A stretch of DNA of 57,505 nt, taken from an uncultured Bacteroidales bacterium. Lineage in GTDB: Bacteria; Bacteroidota; Bacteroidia; Bacteroidales; Bacteroidaceae. The notes below the pieces were generated by a model. That model had not been told where the DNA came from and searched no databases. It saw only the letters and a list, made by a program, of their open reading frames with translations. Both the position numbers and the translations under genes were made by a program. Where the stretch lies: positions 1-57,505 of the forward strand of contig CALZRA010000001.1 in the NCBI GenBank assembly GCA_945828345.1, read 5' to 3'. This document shows positions 44,529 to 55,695 of the stretch, one piece after another. Every line of letters starts with the position of its first letter. Position 1 is the first letter of the stretch.

Positions 44529-44888
44529 ATGGCAACTACTCAACAACTGGTAGATACAATCATTGAAGGCATTCACGAAAAGAAAGGACGCAGCGTAGTC
44601 ACTGTCAACCTGCAAAGCATCGATACCGCTCCTTGTGCCTATTTCGTCATCTGTACAGGCGGTTCACCCCAGCAAGTTGACGCGATTACCGATTCGGTAG
44701 AAGAATTTGCCCGTAAGCAGGCAGGCGAAAAACCCGCTGCCATTTGCGGAAGGCAAAATGCCGAATGGGTTGCACTCGACTACGGTACAGTCATGGTACA
44801 CGTGTTTTTGGAAGAAGCACGCGAACACTACGACTTGGAAAACCTGTGGGATGACGCTGAGCTGCAACAGTTTCCGGATGTAGACTGA
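44529..44888 (+). CDS. rsfS: Ribosome silencing factor RsfS (Iojap)
   Basis: EKKG, YFVICTG, EWVALDYGTVMVHVF, REHYDLENLW. Confidence 0.95.
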   Translation: MATTQQLVDTIIEGIHEKKGRSVVTVNLQSIDTAPCAYFVICTGGSPQQVDAITDSVEEFARKQAGEKPAAICGRQNAEWVALDYGTVMVHVFLEEAREHYDLENLWDDAELQQFPDVD

Positions 44889-44951
44889 CCGTTGGACGGT
44901 AGCCCAGTCAGCCCCATAGCGTTTTTCTCATTTCCAAACAACCGATGATAT

Positions 44952-47006
44952 ATGTCACAAAACTCCAATAACATTCCAGGTACTCCCCAACCCGGCGGCA
45001 AGAAGCCGGGCTTTAACCTGTCGTGGCTTTACTTCATCATCATTGCCGGACTGGCCGTCATGCTCTATCAGGGCAACCAGGAATCGGCCGGCGGCATCGA
45101 CAAGGAGGTGGACTACACAACTTTCAAGTCGTATGTGGTGAAAGGCTATGCCAAGGAAATCGTGGTGAACAAGACCGACGGCGACGTGAAGCTGGTGGTG
45201 AAGCCCGAATACATTCGCCAGCTCTTCAAGGCAGGCAGTGACCAGACCGGAACAGCGCCCACCGTTTCGGCCAAATATCCCAATGTCGATGCCGTCACCC
45301 AATACCTCGATGCCAACTACAACGGGGCCGTGCGCTATGAAGAGAGCAACCGCTTCTTCATGAACCTCCTCGGCAGCATCCTCCCCATTGTGTTGCTCGT
45401 GTTCCTGTGGTTCTACGTATTCCGCCGTATGGGCGGAGGCGGAGCCGGAGGAGGCATCTTCAGTGTGGGAAAGAGCAAGGCCCGCCTGTTCGAGAAGAAC
45501 GGAAAGAACACCACCCACGTCACCTTCAAGGACGTAGCAGGTCAGGAGGGAGCCAAACAGGAAGTGCAGGAAATCGTGGATTTCCTGAAGAATCCGCAAA
45601 AGTATACCGAACTCGGCGGCAAGATACCCAAGGGAGCCTTGCTGGTAGGTCCTCCGGGAACGGGCAAGACCCTGCTCGCCAAGGCTGTGGCAGGCGAAGC
45701 CGACGTGCCCTTCTTCTCCATGGCCGGTTCCGACTTTGTAGAAATGTTTGTCGGTGTCGGTGCAAGCCGTGTGCGAGACCTGTTCCAACAGGCCAAGGAG
45801 AAAGCCCCTTGCATCGTGTTCATTGACGAAATCGATGCCATTGGCCGTGCCCGTGGCAAGAACCCCGCATTGGGCGGAAACGACGAAAGGGAAAACACCC
45901 TAAACCAGCTGCTGACCGAAATGGACGGTTTCGGAACCAATACCGGCGTGATTGTGCTGGCAGCCACCAACCGTGTGGAGATACTCGATCCCGCCCTGTT
46001 GCGTGCAGGCCGTTTCGACCGCCAGATACATGTAGACCTGCCCGAATTGTCAGAGCGCGTGGCCATCTTTAAAGTCCATCTGGCTCCGCTCAAAGTAGAC
46101 CAGTCGCTCGACATCGAAATGCTGGCCCGCCAGACACCGGGCTTCTCGGGAGCCGATATAGCCAACGTGTGCAACGAAGCCGCCCTCATCGCCGCCCGAC
46201 ACGACCGCAAGGAAGTGGGCAAGCAGGACTTTCTGGATGCCGTAGACCGCATCATCGGCGGTCTGGAGAAGACCTCAAAGGTGATGACAGAAGACGAAAA
46301 ACGCGCTATCGCCATACACGAGGCCGGACATGCTTCGGTGTCGTGGCTGCTCCAATATGCCAACCCCTTGGTCAAGGTGACTATCGTGCCCCGCGGCCAA
46401 GCCCTTGGTGCCGCCTGGTACCTGCCCGAAGAACGGTCTATCAGTACGAAAGAACAGATGCTCGACGAAATCTGTTCGCTGCTGGGCGGACGTGCTGCCG
46501 AGGACGTTTTTCTGGGCCACATATCGAGTGGAGCACTGAATGACCTGGAGCGCGTGACGAAACGCATCTATGGCATGGTGGCCTATCTGGGCATGAGCGA
46601 AAGTCTGAGCAACCTGTGCTACTACGATGCCCAGGGCAACTACAACTTCTCGAAGCCCTATTCCGACAAGACGGCCGAACTGATTGATGCCGAGGTGAAG
46701 CGCATGATAGCCGAACAGTATGACCGTGCCAAGAAGTTGCTCACCGACCATGCCAAACAGCACAATGCCCTGGCCGACCTGTTAGTAGAGCGCGAAGTCA
46801 TCTTCACCGAAGACGTGGAACGCATCTTCGGTGCCCGTCCCTGGAAAAGCCGTGCCGACGTGCTGATGGAAGAAGAGGCCCTGAAACTGGCTGCCGAACG
46901 AACCCGGAAGTTAGAAGCCGAAGCAGCAGCGCAGGCTGCTCCTGAAGGAGGAGAACCTCAGGAAGCCGGAACTAAGAATAATGAAACGCCCTCGAACGAG
47001 GCTTGA
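44952..47006 (+). CDS. ftsH: ATP-dependent zinc metalloprotease FtsH
   Basis: Two TM helices, [32 protein letters not shown]. Confidence 0.97.
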   Translation: MSQNSNNIPGTPQPGGKKPGFNLSWLYFIIIAGLAVMLYQGNQESAGGIDKEVDYTTFKSYVVKGYAKEIVVNKTDGDVKLVVKPEYIRQLFKAGSDQTGTAPTVSAKYPNVDAVTQYLDANYNGAVRYEESNRFFMNLLGSILPIVLLVFLWFYVFRRMGGGGAGGGIFSVGKSKARLFEKNGKNTTHVTFKDVAGQEGAKQEVQEIVDFLKNPQKYTELGGKIPKGALLVGPPGTGKTLLAKAVAGEADVPFFSMAGSDFVEMFVGVGASRVRDLFQQAKEKAPCIVFIDEIDAIGRARGKNPALGGNDERENTLNQLLTEMDGFGTNTGVIVLAATNRVEILDPALLRAGRFDRQIHVDLPELSERVAIFKVHLAPLKVDQSLDIEMLARQTPGFSGADIANVCNEAALIAARHDRKEVGKQDFLDAVDRIIGGLEKTSKVMTEDEKRAIAIHEAGHASVSWLLQYANPLVKVTIVPRGQALGAAWYLPEERSISTKEQMLDEICSLLGGRAAEDVFLGHISSGALNDLERVTKRIYGMVAYLGMSESLSNLCYYDAQGNYNFSKPYSDKTAELIDAEVKRMIAEQYDRAKKLLTDHAKQHNALADLLVEREVIFTEDVERIFGARPWKSRADVLMEEEALKLAAERTRKLEAEAAAQAAPEGGEPQEAGTKNNETPSNEA

Positions 47007-47023
47007 ACGTAAAAAGCAGATCG

Positions 47024-47866
47024 ATGAACAATATGCTCTTGCGCGCCTTGACCGGTGCCGTATTCGTAATGGTGTTGGTGGGCGGCATTCTCTATTCCCC
47101 CCTCAGCTTTGTGGGCTTGTTCGCCCTGATAACAGCCCTCACCGTATGGGAGTTCTCGACCAACGTGAACCGTCATGCAGGAGCCTCGGTGAACCGCATT
47201 ATCAACACCGTCGCTGCCGTCTACCTCTTTATGGCCATGGCAGGCTACTGCGCCGACTATGTGCCCTCGCGGGCGTTTATTCCCTATCTCCTCTCCATCG
47301 TCTATCTGTTGGTGAGCGAGCTGTACCTGCAAAAGTCCGATCCCTTGAAGAACTGGGCCTACGCCTTTGCTTCACAGGTCTACGTGGCACTGGGCTTTTC
47401 CCTCCTCTCGGTGCTCGCCTTCCAGTACGATGCGCTGGCCAATGTCACCCGTTTCGAACCTGTCTATCCCCTCAGCGTATTCCTCTTCTTGTGGACCAGT
47501 GACACGGGAGCCTACCTGTGCGGATCTATGCTCCACCGCTACTTCCCAGCCAAGCTGTTTGAGCGCATATCACCCAACAAGTCGTGGGTAGGCAGCATCG
47601 GTGGCGGCTTGCTCTGTTTGGTAGTGGCCGCTGTATTGGCCCACTTCTTCCCCCAGCTCAGTCTGCCTGCTTGGTTGGGATTGGGTCTGACCGTGTGCGT
47701 GTTCGGCACCTGGGGCGATTTGGTGGAAAGCCTGTTCAAGCGACAGCTCGGCATCAAGGACAGCGGAAACGTGTTGCCCGGCCACGGCGGTATGCTTGAC
47801 CGCTTCGACTCTTCGCTCTTAGCCATTCCCGCAGCAGTGATTTATCTGTATACGTTGGGAGCTTAG
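47024..47866 (+). CDS. cdsA: Phosphatidate cytidylyltransferase
   Basis: SDTGAY, ISPNKSW, GDLVESLFKRQLGIKDSG, PGHGGMLDRFDS. Confidence 0.95.
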   Translation: MNNMLLRALTGAVFVMVLVGGILYSPLSFVGLFALITALTVWEFSTNVNRHAGASVNRIINTVAAVYLFMAMAGYCADYVPSRAFIPYLLSIVYLLVSELYLQKSDPLKNWAYAFASQVYVALGFSLLSVLAFQYDALANVTRFEPVYPLSVFLFLWTSDTGAYLCGSMLHRYFPAKLFERISPNKSWVGSIGGGLLCLVVAAVLAHFFPQLSLPAWLGLGLTVCVFGTWGDLVESLFKRQLGIKDSGNVLPGHGGMLDRFDSSLLAIPAAVIYLYTLGA

Positions 47867-48303
47867 TAGGTATTAGTGATTAAGTATGAGTGATTAGGTT
47901 TATGAGGAATAAGGTTATGAGGTTATGAGGAATAAGGTTATGAGGAATAAGGTTATGAGGGATAAGGTTATGAGGTTATAAAGTTACAGCAGACAAGCGT
48001 TCAAGGCACGCCCCGAAGGGGCAACAGCGCTTAGCCCAGGGCATCGCCCTGGGTTGGTTGACCGCCGCAAATGCGCCCTGCAAGGGCAAAAGCGTTTGTT
48101 CATCACGCTTGTATTCTAACGCTTTTGCCCTTTCAGGGCGTGCTTCATCGCTTCAAGCACCCAGGGCGATGCCCTGGGCTATGCGCTGATGCCCTTTCAG
48201 GGCGTACCTTGAACGCTTGTCTGCTGTAACCTCATAACCTCATAACCTCATAACCTTACCCCTCATAACCTCATAACCTCATAACCTTATCCCTCATAAC
48301 CTA
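47867..48303. repeat. REP compound palindrome (copy 3) with long GGTTATGA / TCATAACC tandem arms
   Basis: The whole intergenic region folds back on itself: aggttatgag arrays, gttacagcagacaagcgttcaagg, core, ccttgaacgcttgtctgctgtaac, ctcataac arrays. Confidence 0.9.
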
Positions 48304-48349
48304 AAAAAATAACCTAAGAAAATAACCTAAAAGCAATTTGTCAAAAGGT

Positions 48350-49570
48350 ATGTTACGACACATTGACATACTGCGCCGAAGGAAATTCGTGTGGCGCGTA
48401 ACCCTTACGGTGCTGGCTTTGGTAATACTGGTCAGCACCGTTGTGTTCGTAGTGGTGCGTCGGCCTTTTGTCGATGACTTCGAACTGGTAGACCCTTTGG
48501 GCGGCAACCTCTTTCCTTCGGCCCTCCTCTCGGTAGCCACAACCGATGCCCACATTGTGCAGCCCATGGACGGCAAATGCCTGGGCAATCCGAAATCATC
48601 GTTGGCGGTTCGCCTCAAGGCAAACCGTCCCCATGCCTTGGTACGCATAGAGCTGGCCGAGACACCCTTCTATGCCCGCTCGGTATCCACCTTCGTCTTG
48701 CCCGAGAAAGATGTGGAATACATCATCTATCCCGATGTGTTGTGGCGGTATGAAGCTCTGCGCGGCAACGAACAGGCCGAGCCTGTGAACGTGTCGGTGC
48801 AGGTAGAAGTCGACGGAAAAGACTGGGGACAGAAAATGCGCACCTTCTCGATGCGCAGCGTCAATGAATGCTTATTGGGCTATGTGAGGCAATTGGCCTC
48901 GGGCAAGACGCAGTATGTGAGCACCCGACTCTTCTTTGCCGCTTATGTCAATGAGGAGCATCCGCAAATCGACAAAGTGCTGCGCGAAGCCCTGAACACC
49001 CGTATCGTAAAACGCTTCCAGGGCTATCAGGTTGGCACCGAGGCCTCGGTTGACCGCCAGGTATATGCCTTGTGGAACGTATTGCAAAAGCGCAAGTTCC
49101 GATACAGCTCCGTGAGCTATTCCAGTTTGTCGAGCAATGTGGTGTATGCCCAGCGTGTGCGTACCTTCGAAGATGCGCTGAACGCCTCGCAGATCAATTG
49201 TGTGGACGGCAGTGTGTTGTTCGCCTCGCTGTTACGTGCCATTGGCATCACGCCTGTGTTGGTACAAAAGCCCGGCCACATGTTTGTGGGTTACTACACC
49301 GACGCATCGCGCCAGAAACTCACCTTCCTTGAAACGACCATGATAGGTGACGTAGACCTCGACGACTATTTCCCTGAAGAGAAGCTCGATTCAACGATGC
49401 AAGGCCGGTCGCAGGGCGAAATGTCGCGCCTGACCTTCGACAAATCGAAGGAATACGCCCAGCGCGAGTTCGCCGCAGTCAAGGACCAGGTCATGGCCAA
49501 CAAGCCCGGCTACCTGTTTGTGGAAATCTCCAAAGGCGTGCGCCGACAGGTGCAGTCGATTGGTAAATAG
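48350..49570 (+). CDS. Membrane-anchored transglutaminase-like (Cys-His) hypothetical protein
   Basis: N-terminal TM helix; INCVDGSVLFASLLRAIGI...PGHMFVG...LETT resembles the transglutaminase-like core. Confidence 0.7.
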   Translation: MLRHIDILRRRKFVWRVTLTVLALVILVSTVVFVVVRRPFVDDFELVDPLGGNLFPSALLSVATTDAHIVQPMDGKCLGNPKSSLAVRLKANRPHALVRIELAETPFYARSVSTFVLPEKDVEYIIYPDVLWRYEALRGNEQAEPVNVSVQVEVDGKDWGQKMRTFSMRSVNECLLGYVRQLASGKTQYVSTRLFFAAYVNEEHPQIDKVLREALNTRIVKRFQGYQVGTEASVDRQVYALWNVLQKRKFRYSSVSYSSLSSNVVYAQRVRTFEDALNASQINCVDGSVLFASLLRAIGITPVLVQKPGHMFVGYYTDASRQKLTFLETTMIGDVDLDDYFPEEKLDSTMQGRSQGEMSRLTFDKSKEYAQREFAAVKDQVMANKPGYLFVEISKGVRRQVQSIGK

Positions 49571-49578
49571 GCCGTGCG

Positions 49579-49999
49579 TAAGTTTTAGGTATGAGTGATT
49601 AGTTGTTAGGTTATGAGGTTATAGGTTATGAGGTTATAGGTTATGAGGTTATAGGTATGAGGTTATAGGTTATGAGGTTATAGGTTATGAGGTTATAAAG
49701 TTACAGTTGGTAGGGGTTCAAGGCACGCCCCGAAGGGGCAACGAGCGCGTAGCCCAGGGCATCGCCCTGGGTAGGACAACAAGCGAAAACGCGCGCCCTG
49801 AAAGGGCAAAAGCGTTAGAATACAAGCGTGATGAACAAACGCTTTTGCCCTTGCAGGGCGCATTTGCGGCGGTCAACCAACCCAGGGCGATGCCCTGGGC
49901 TAAGCGCTCGTTGCCCCTTCTTTAAGTGCCTTGAACCCTTACCAACTGTAACTTTATAATCTCATAACCTAACAACTAATCACTCATACCTAAAACTTA
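49579..49999. repeat. REP compound palindrome (copy 4) with 39-bp perfect outer inverted repeats
   Basis: taagttttaggtatgagtgattagttgttaggttatgag (49579-49617) and its exact complement (49961-49999); 13-bp (aggttatgaggtt)-type array on the left; core inverted relative to copy 3. Confidence 0.9.
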
Positions 50000-50497
50000 T
50001 AAGCCCCCCTTCCTCCGATAGCAGGCAAAGGTGAAGGGCTGTTCGTTCCGTTCGTCGGCCTCGTGGTGCTCTTTTTCCTCCAGCACCCAATCGTTCAGGT
50101 CGAAGGACGGAAAGAACGTGTCGGCCTGGGCAGGTGTGGCATGGATGTGCGTGAGGTACAGTCGCTGCGCCAAGGGGAAGGCCTCGGCGTAGACACTGGC
50201 ACCACCTATGACAAACACCTCGGCATCGCCAGCACAAGCGGCCAATGCCTCAGACAGCGAGTGGAACACCTCAATGCCTGGAGCCGTGTAGTCCGTTTGG
50301 CGTGTCACCACCACGTTGCGGCGGTTGGGCAAAGCCCCTTTGGGCAAGGACTCGAATGTCTTGCGGCCCATTAGCACGGTGTGGCCCGTGGTGAGCTGCT
50401 TGAAGTGCTTGAGGTCGGCAGGCAGATAATACAACAGGCCGCCTTGCCAGCCGATAGCCCCGTTCTCAGCCAGGGCACAAATAATGTTCAGATTCAT
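49997..50497 (-). CDS. folA: Dihydrofolate reductase
   Basis: LPADLKHFK, MGRKTFES, LPNRRN, FVIGGA, ADTFFP; start taken at MNLNIIC. Confidence 0.95.
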   Translation of the reverse strand: MNLNIICALAENGAIGWQGGLLYYLPADLKHFKQLTTGHTVLMGRKTFESLPKGALPNRRNVVVTRQTDYTAPGIEVFHSLSEALAACAGDAEVFVIGGASVYAEAFPLAQRLYLTHIHATPAQADTFFPSFDLNDWVLEEKEHHEADERNEQPFTFACYRRKGGL

Positions 50498-50648
50498 GCG
50501 GAAACTATAGGTGAAGAAAGTGCAGGGCGACACGGCGTGTGCCGCCCTTTTTCATTTGAAAATGCAAAAGTAACCGATAAATGCTTGGAAAATACTACTT
50601 TTGCTCACAAATCATCATTCTCCCCCCTTTTTTGGGGAACCAAGATTT

Positions 50649-51443
50649 ATGAAACAATACCAGCAACTCTTGTCGAAAATACTGGCCGACGGTGTGGTGA
50701 AGGAAGACCGCACCGGCACCGGCACGAAGAGCATCTTCGGCCACCAGATGCGCTTCGACCTCTCCGCAGGATTTCCGCTGCTCACCACCAAGAAGCTCCA
50801 CCTGCGCTCCATCATCCACGAACTGCTGTGGTTCCTGCAAGGCGACACCAATGTGAAGTATCTGCATGACAACGGCGTGCGCATTTGGGACGAGTGGGCC
50901 GACGAACAGGGAGACCTCGGTCACATCTACGGCTACCAATGGCGTTCATGGCCAGACTACGACGGCGGCCACATCGACCAGATTCGCGAAGTGGTGGACC
51001 AGATACGCCATAATCCCAACTCACGCCGCCTGTTAGTGTCAGCTTGGAACGTTGCAGACCTTGGGCGCATGAACCTGCCACCCTGTCATCTGCTCTTCCA
51101 GTTCTATGTCGCTGACGGCAAGTTGTCCTTACAGCTCTACCAGCGTTCGGCCGACACCTTCCTCGGAGTGCCCTTTAACATCGCCAGCTATGCCCTGCTG
51201 CTGATGATGACCGCCCAAGTGTGCGGCCTTCAACCGGGAGAATTCATCCATACCACAGGCGATACCCATCTCTACCTGAATCATCTCGAACAGGCCCGCT
51301 TGCAGTTAACCCGCCAGCCCAGGCCCCTTCCGCGCATGGTAATCAATCCTGAGGTGAAAGACCTGTTCTGCTTCCGCTACGAAGACTTCCAACTTGAAGG
51401 CTACGACCCTTGGCCACATATTGCCGCCAAGGTGTCAGTATAA
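50649..51443 (+). CDS. thyA: Thymidylate synthase
   Basis: [39 protein letters not shown]; TACTTTTG -7 element at 50596-50603. Confidence 0.97.
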   Translation: MKQYQQLLSKILADGVVKEDRTGTGTKSIFGHQMRFDLSAGFPLLTTKKLHLRSIIHELLWFLQGDTNVKYLHDNGVRIWDEWADEQGDLGHIYGYQWRSWPDYDGGHIDQIREVVDQIRHNPNSRRLLVSAWNVADLGRMNLPPCHLLFQFYVADGKLSLQLYQRSADTFLGVPFNIASYALLLMMTAQVCGLQPGEFIHTTGDTHLYLNHLEQARLQLTRQPRPLPRMVINPEVKDLFCFRYEDFQLEGYDPWPHIAAKVSV

Positions 51444-51583
51444 ATTAAGTATTAGTGATTAAGTATGAGTGATTAGGTTATTATAGTTTATGAGTGATAA
51501 GAGCACTTCAATAACTAAAAAAACTTTACCACAATCATATAGAAACAGACTTAATCACTAATACCTAATCACTAAAACTTAAT
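51444..51583. repeat. AT-rich intergenic hairpin with TAGTGAT-type heptamer arms
   Basis: attaagtattagtgattaagtatgagtgattagg pairs with ttaatcactaatacctaatcactaaaacttaat; 31 bp (51449-51479) identical to 47870-47900. Confidence 0.8.
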
Positions 51584-51584
51584 C

Positions 51585-52973
51585 ATGCTCCCCACCGACT
51601 TCCAAATCCAGATGCAGCAGTTGCTTGGCCCAGAAGAGGCCCGGCTTCTGTGTGATGCCCTCACCCAAAGTGCAGCACCGGTCAGCGTGCGCCTCAATGC
51701 CTCGAAGCCGTCTTCAAGCCTGCCCGCAGCCCAGCGGCATGAAGTGCCCTGGTGCGCACAAGGACGTTATCTGGTCGAACGGCCTGCTTTTGCCTTCGAC
51801 CCACTGTGGCATGCCGGCTGTTATTATGTGCAGGAAGCCTCGTCCATGTTTGTCGAACAAGCCTACCGCACCTTGGCGGCAGCCGGAACCCCCCGCCGCG
51901 TGCTCGACCTCTGTGCAGCACCCGGCGGCAAGAGTACCTTGTGGCGCAGCCTGCTGCCCGAAGGCAGCCTGTTAGTGGCCAACGAACCCGTAAGGGCCAG
52001 GGCACAGATATTGGCCGAGAACCTCACCAAGTGGGGACACCCCGATGTGGTCTGTACGTCAGCCTATCCCGATGAGTTCGCCACCTTGGGCAGCTTCTTC
52101 GATGTAGTGGCTGCCGACGTGCCCTGTTCCGGTGAAGGCATGTTTCGGAAAGACGCGGGAGCCATAGCCGAATGGAGCGCTGCGGCCGTGGAACATTGTG
52201 CTGAAAGGCAGTGGCAAATCGTCAGTGACGTCTGGCCCTCCCTGCGTCAGGGCGGTTATCTGGTATACAGCACCTGCACCTTCAACCGTCAGGAGAACGA
52301 GGACAACGTGTGGCGCATCTGCCAAGAGCTCGGTGCCGAGCTGGTGCCTATTGCCATAAAACCCACATGGAACATAGCGGGCGACACCACGGGACGCGGC
52401 CTGCCCGTCTACCATTTCTTTCCCCACCGTGCGCAGGGAGAAGGTCTCTTCCTGGCCCTGTTGCGCAAGACGGCCGAAGCACCTGGCTTGCGCACCAAGC
52501 CCAGCAAGCGGCTTCGCCGGGAAAGCAAGCCTTCAACTGGCTTTGAGGGAATCCGTGAAGCCGGCAGTTGGCTGCTTGACCATGCGCAGTTTGAACTGTG
52601 GCCCGCCGACGAAGCCCACCTGCTTGCCGTGCGTGGCACTTTGGCCGACGAGGTGAAGCGCGTCAGCCAGACCGTGAAGACACTCACCGCCGGCATCCTG
52701 TTGGCAGAGCGCAAGGGGCGCAAGCTCATTCCGCAACACGCGCTGGCCCTTTCGTCACAGCTTCGGCCCGATGCCTTCCCGCAAGTGGAGCTGTCCCGTT
52801 CCGATGCCCTGGCTTACTTGCGCCGCGAAGCCTTGACATTGCTGCCCGATGCGCCGCGCGGTTACGTAGTGCCTACTTACGAACACCAGCCCCTCGGCTT
52901 CCTGAACAATCTCGGGGCGAGAGCCAATAACCTTTATCCTTCAGAATGGAGGTTGCGCAGCACGGTCGGTTAG
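51585..52973 (+). CDS. rsmF: rRNA m5C methyltransferase (RsmB/RsmF/NOP2 family)
   Basis: YYVQEASSM, VLDLCAAPGGKS, DVPCSGEGMFRKD, YSTCTFN; RsmF-type C-terminus. Confidence 0.85.
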   Translation: MLPTDFQIQMQQLLGPEEARLLCDALTQSAAPVSVRLNASKPSSSLPAAQRHEVPWCAQGRYLVERPAFAFDPLWHAGCYYVQEASSMFVEQAYRTLAAAGTPRRVLDLCAAPGGKSTLWRSLLPEGSLLVANEPVRARAQILAENLTKWGHPDVVCTSAYPDEFATLGSFFDVVAADVPCSGEGMFRKDAGAIAEWSAAAVEHCAERQWQIVSDVWPSLRQGGYLVYSTCTFNRQENEDNVWRICQELGAELVPIAIKPTWNIAGDTTGRGLPVYHFFPHRAQGEGLFLALLRKTAEAPGLRTKPSKRLRRESKPSTGFEGIREAGSWLLDHAQFELWPADEAHLLAVRGTLADEVKRVSQTVKTLTAGILLAERKGRKLIPQHALALSSQLRPDAFPQVELSRSDALAYLRREALTLLPDAPRGYVVPTYEHQPLGFLNNLGARANNLYPSEWRLRSTVG

Positions 52974-53015
52974 AACGGGCATTGCGCCATGCGTTGTAGC
53001 GCATAGGCCACATAT

Positions 53016-53072
53016 CAACTCGGCACTTAGGGAAAACAACTCGGCACTTAGTTTTTCCTAAGTTCCGAGTTG
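53016..53072. repeat. 21-bp-period CAACTCGGCACTTAG repeat, two direct copies plus one inverted
   Basis: Direct copies at 53016 and 53037, inverted ctaagttccgagttg at 53058. Confidence 0.8.
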
Positions 53073-53304
53073 TTTTTCCTGTTCCATGATATGTTTCTTA
53101 GTCCAGCGCGGAAGGGTGGGGAATAACCCGTGTGCTGATGGAATGTACCTATATATAATAGGAGTGCTGCGGGGCTGTGCGCAGACGTGCGGATGAAAAA
53201 ACTGTGATGTTTTCTTTCTATTGTCGAATCTTGCGCTAACTTTGCTTCGCAATTCATCATGGGGGAGCGGTACCGCCTCCCCGACTCTCTCCAATAGAAT
53301 TACT

Positions 53305-54747
53305 ATGCGCGCTATATTGAAAGGTCTTGTGCTGGTTGTACTGCTGCTGGCAGGGTGTACCTCTTTGGCTCTGGCTGAGGAGGCTAAACACCGATTTACG
53401 CTGGTGATTGATGCCGGACACGGTGGACATGACCCTGGTGCAATCGGTTCATTCTCAAAAGAAAAGAACATAAACCTGAATGTGGCATTGGCTTTCGGAC
53501 AGCTGGTCGAGGACAATTGTCCCGATGTGAAGGTGGTGTATACGCGCAAGCGGGACGTGTTCGTTTCCCTGCAACGCAGGGCCGACTTGGCCAACGAGCA
53601 CAAAGCCGACCTGTTCGTCTCCATACACACCAATGCCCTGCCCGGAGGAAAGACGGCTTATGGCTCGGAGACCTACTCGCTCGGTATAGCCAGAGCCAAT
53701 GAGAACCTCGCTGTGGCCAAACGCGAAAATGCGGTCATTACGCTCGAAAGCGACTACCAGCGCACCTACGAGGGCTTTGACCCCAACAAGGCCGAGAGCT
53801 ACGTGATATTCGAAATCATGCAGGACCGCTACATGCGGCAGAGCGTGGACTTGGCCCAGTGCATCCAAAAGCAGTATAAACGGGCCGGCCGTCCCGACAA
53901 GGGCGTGCATCAGGCCGGTTTCCTGGTGTTGCGCAATACGTCGATGCCCTCCGTGTTGACAGAGCTGGGCTTTATCTCCACACCGGCCGAGGAGCAGTAT
54001 CTGAACTCCCCCAAGGGCGTGTCAGAGCTGAGCCGCAGCCTCTACAACGGTTTCCTGGCTTACCGCCGGTTGCATGACCGCACTGCGCACGACCTGCCGC
54101 CCGACTTGCCCACCTTGACTGCTGATCGCACGCCACAGCTCTCCACCGAGGCGGTGAGCGATGAGGACGTGGCTGTTGTGCCTGTGCCTACAGTGCCGAC
54201 AGCACGCCGCACGGACACGAATCCTGAACCGGCCGCACCGTCAAAGCCTGCCCGTGAACAGGCTGGCAATAAGTCTGAGACAGACCCGAAACCTGCTGCC
54301 CCGGCCAAAAAACAGGCTGATTCGAAGGGCAAGCAGTCCAAACCTGCTTCCCAAAAGCAGCCCGACAACACGAAGAAACCTGCCGAACCGGCCAAGAAAC
54401 CTGCCGACAAGGGCAAGCAAACTGCCGACAAGGGCAAGCAGCAGACTCCGTCGAAGCCGGCCCAGAAGAAGCAGCCGGCGGCCAAAGGACCAAAAGTGCA
54501 GTACCGCGTGCAGGTAGGTGCCGGCAAAAGGGACATCTCGCCCAAGGACAGCCAGTTCAAAGGCCTGGCCGTTACCCGTGTGAAGGAGGGAAGCCTCTAC
54601 AAGTACTTCTATGGCAACTATTCCACCTATGCCGAGGCCAAGAAGGGCCTGCGCACGGTACAGGCCAAAATGCCCGAAGCCTATCTGGTGGCTTATGTCG
54701 ACGGCAAGCCCGTTTCGGTGGCCGATGCCAGGAAGCAGGAGAAATAA
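53305..54747 (+). CDS. N-acetylmuramoyl-L-alanine amidase (Amidase_3) with Pro/Lys-rich linker and SPOR-like C-terminus
   Basis: IDAGHGGHDPGA, EKNINL, FVSIHTNA, FLVLRNTSMPSVLTELGF, YRVQVGA; TAACTTTG -7 element at 53237-53244. Confidence 0.92.
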   Translation: MRAILKGLVLVVLLLAGCTSLALAEEAKHRFTLVIDAGHGGHDPGAIGSFSKEKNINLNVALAFGQLVEDNCPDVKVVYTRKRDVFVSLQRRADLANEHKADLFVSIHTNALPGGKTAYGSETYSLGIARANENLAVAKRENAVITLESDYQRTYEGFDPNKAESYVIFEIMQDRYMRQSVDLAQCIQKQYKRAGRPDKGVHQAGFLVLRNTSMPSVLTELGFISTPAEEQYLNSPKGVSELSRSLYNGFLAYRRLHDRTAHDLPPDLPTLTADRTPQLSTEAVSDEDVAVVPVPTVPTARRTDTNPEPAAPSKPAREQAGNKSETDPKPAAPAKKQADSKGKQSKPASQKQPDNTKKPAEPAKKPADKGKQTADKGKQQTPSKPAQKKQPAAKGPKVQYRVQVGAGKRDISPKDSQFKGLAVTRVKEGSLYKYFYGNYSTYAEAKKGLRTVQAKMPEAYLVAYVDGKPVSVADARKQEK

Positions 54748-54773
54748 ACGTAAACATCGCTGAACGCAATAGC

Positions 54774-55691
54774 ATGAAGAAGGAAACGAAAATCGCACTT
54801 ACTGCCGTGGTGGCTTTGGTGCTGCTGTTTGTAGGAATCAACTTCCTGAAAGGCATCAATGTGTTTCAGGCTACAAACACCTACTACGTGAAGTTCAAGG
54901 ACGTGGCCGGACTGGCTGTGTCGAATCCGGTATATGCCAACGGTTACCCCGTAGGCATAGTGCGCACCGTGAGCTATGATTACCAGCGGGGCGAAAACGT
55001 GGTGGTCGGCATCGAATTGGACGATGCCATGCGCGTGCCCAAACACACTCGTGCAGAGCTCGAAACCGAACTGATGGGCGGCGTGAAGATGCTGTTGGTG
55101 CTCGGCCCCAATCCTGCCGATGTGATAGCCCAGGGCGACACCATCTCGGGAGGTATGCATGAGGGAGCTATGGACAAGTTGCAGGCCATGGTGCCGGCTA
55201 TCGAACAGATGATGCCCAAACTGGATTCCATCATGACCAACATCAACCGTTTGACGGGCGACCCGGCCCTGATGCAGGTGTTGCACAACACGGCTGCCAT
55301 GACCAACGACCTCAAGCAGATGACCAACCGGATGAATGACATGATGCAGCGCGAGATACCTCAGGCCATGGCCAACATGAACCGCACCATGGCTCATGCC
55401 GAACAGCTCACGGCCCGACTGGCAGAACTCGACGTGCAGCACACGCTGCAAAGTGTCGATGCCACCTTGCAAAGCACCAAACAGCTGACTGACCAGTTGG
55501 CCTCGACCACCTCATTCCTCGACGGCAAGCTGCGCAGTACGGACAATACGCTGGGCCTGTTCCTCAACGACCGTGGCGTATATGACAACCTGAACGCTAC
55601 GCTCAGTCACTCCGACTCGCTGATGATGGACCTCAAGGCCCACCCCAAACGCTACGTGCATTTCTCTATCTTCGGCAAGAAGGACAAATGA
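54774..55691 (+). CDS. MlaD/MCE-family protein
   Basis: N-terminal TM, GLAVSNPVYANGYPVGIV, helical region, C-terminal DLKAHPKRYVHFSIFG. Confidence 0.9.
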   Translation: MKKETKIALTAVVALVLLFVGINFLKGINVFQATNTYYVKFKDVAGLAVSNPVYANGYPVGIVRTVSYDYQRGENVVVGIELDDAMRVPKHTRAELETELMGGVKMLLVLGPNPADVIAQGDTISGGMHEGAMDKLQAMVPAIEQMMPKLDSIMTNINRLTGDPALMQVLHNTAAMTNDLKQMTNRMNDMMQREIPQAMANMNRTMAHAEQLTARLAELDVQHTLQSVDATLQSTKQLTDQLASTTSFLDGKLRSTDNTLGLFLNDRGVYDNLNATLSHSDSLMMDLKAHPKRYVHFSIFGKKDK

Positions 55692-55695
55692 AATA

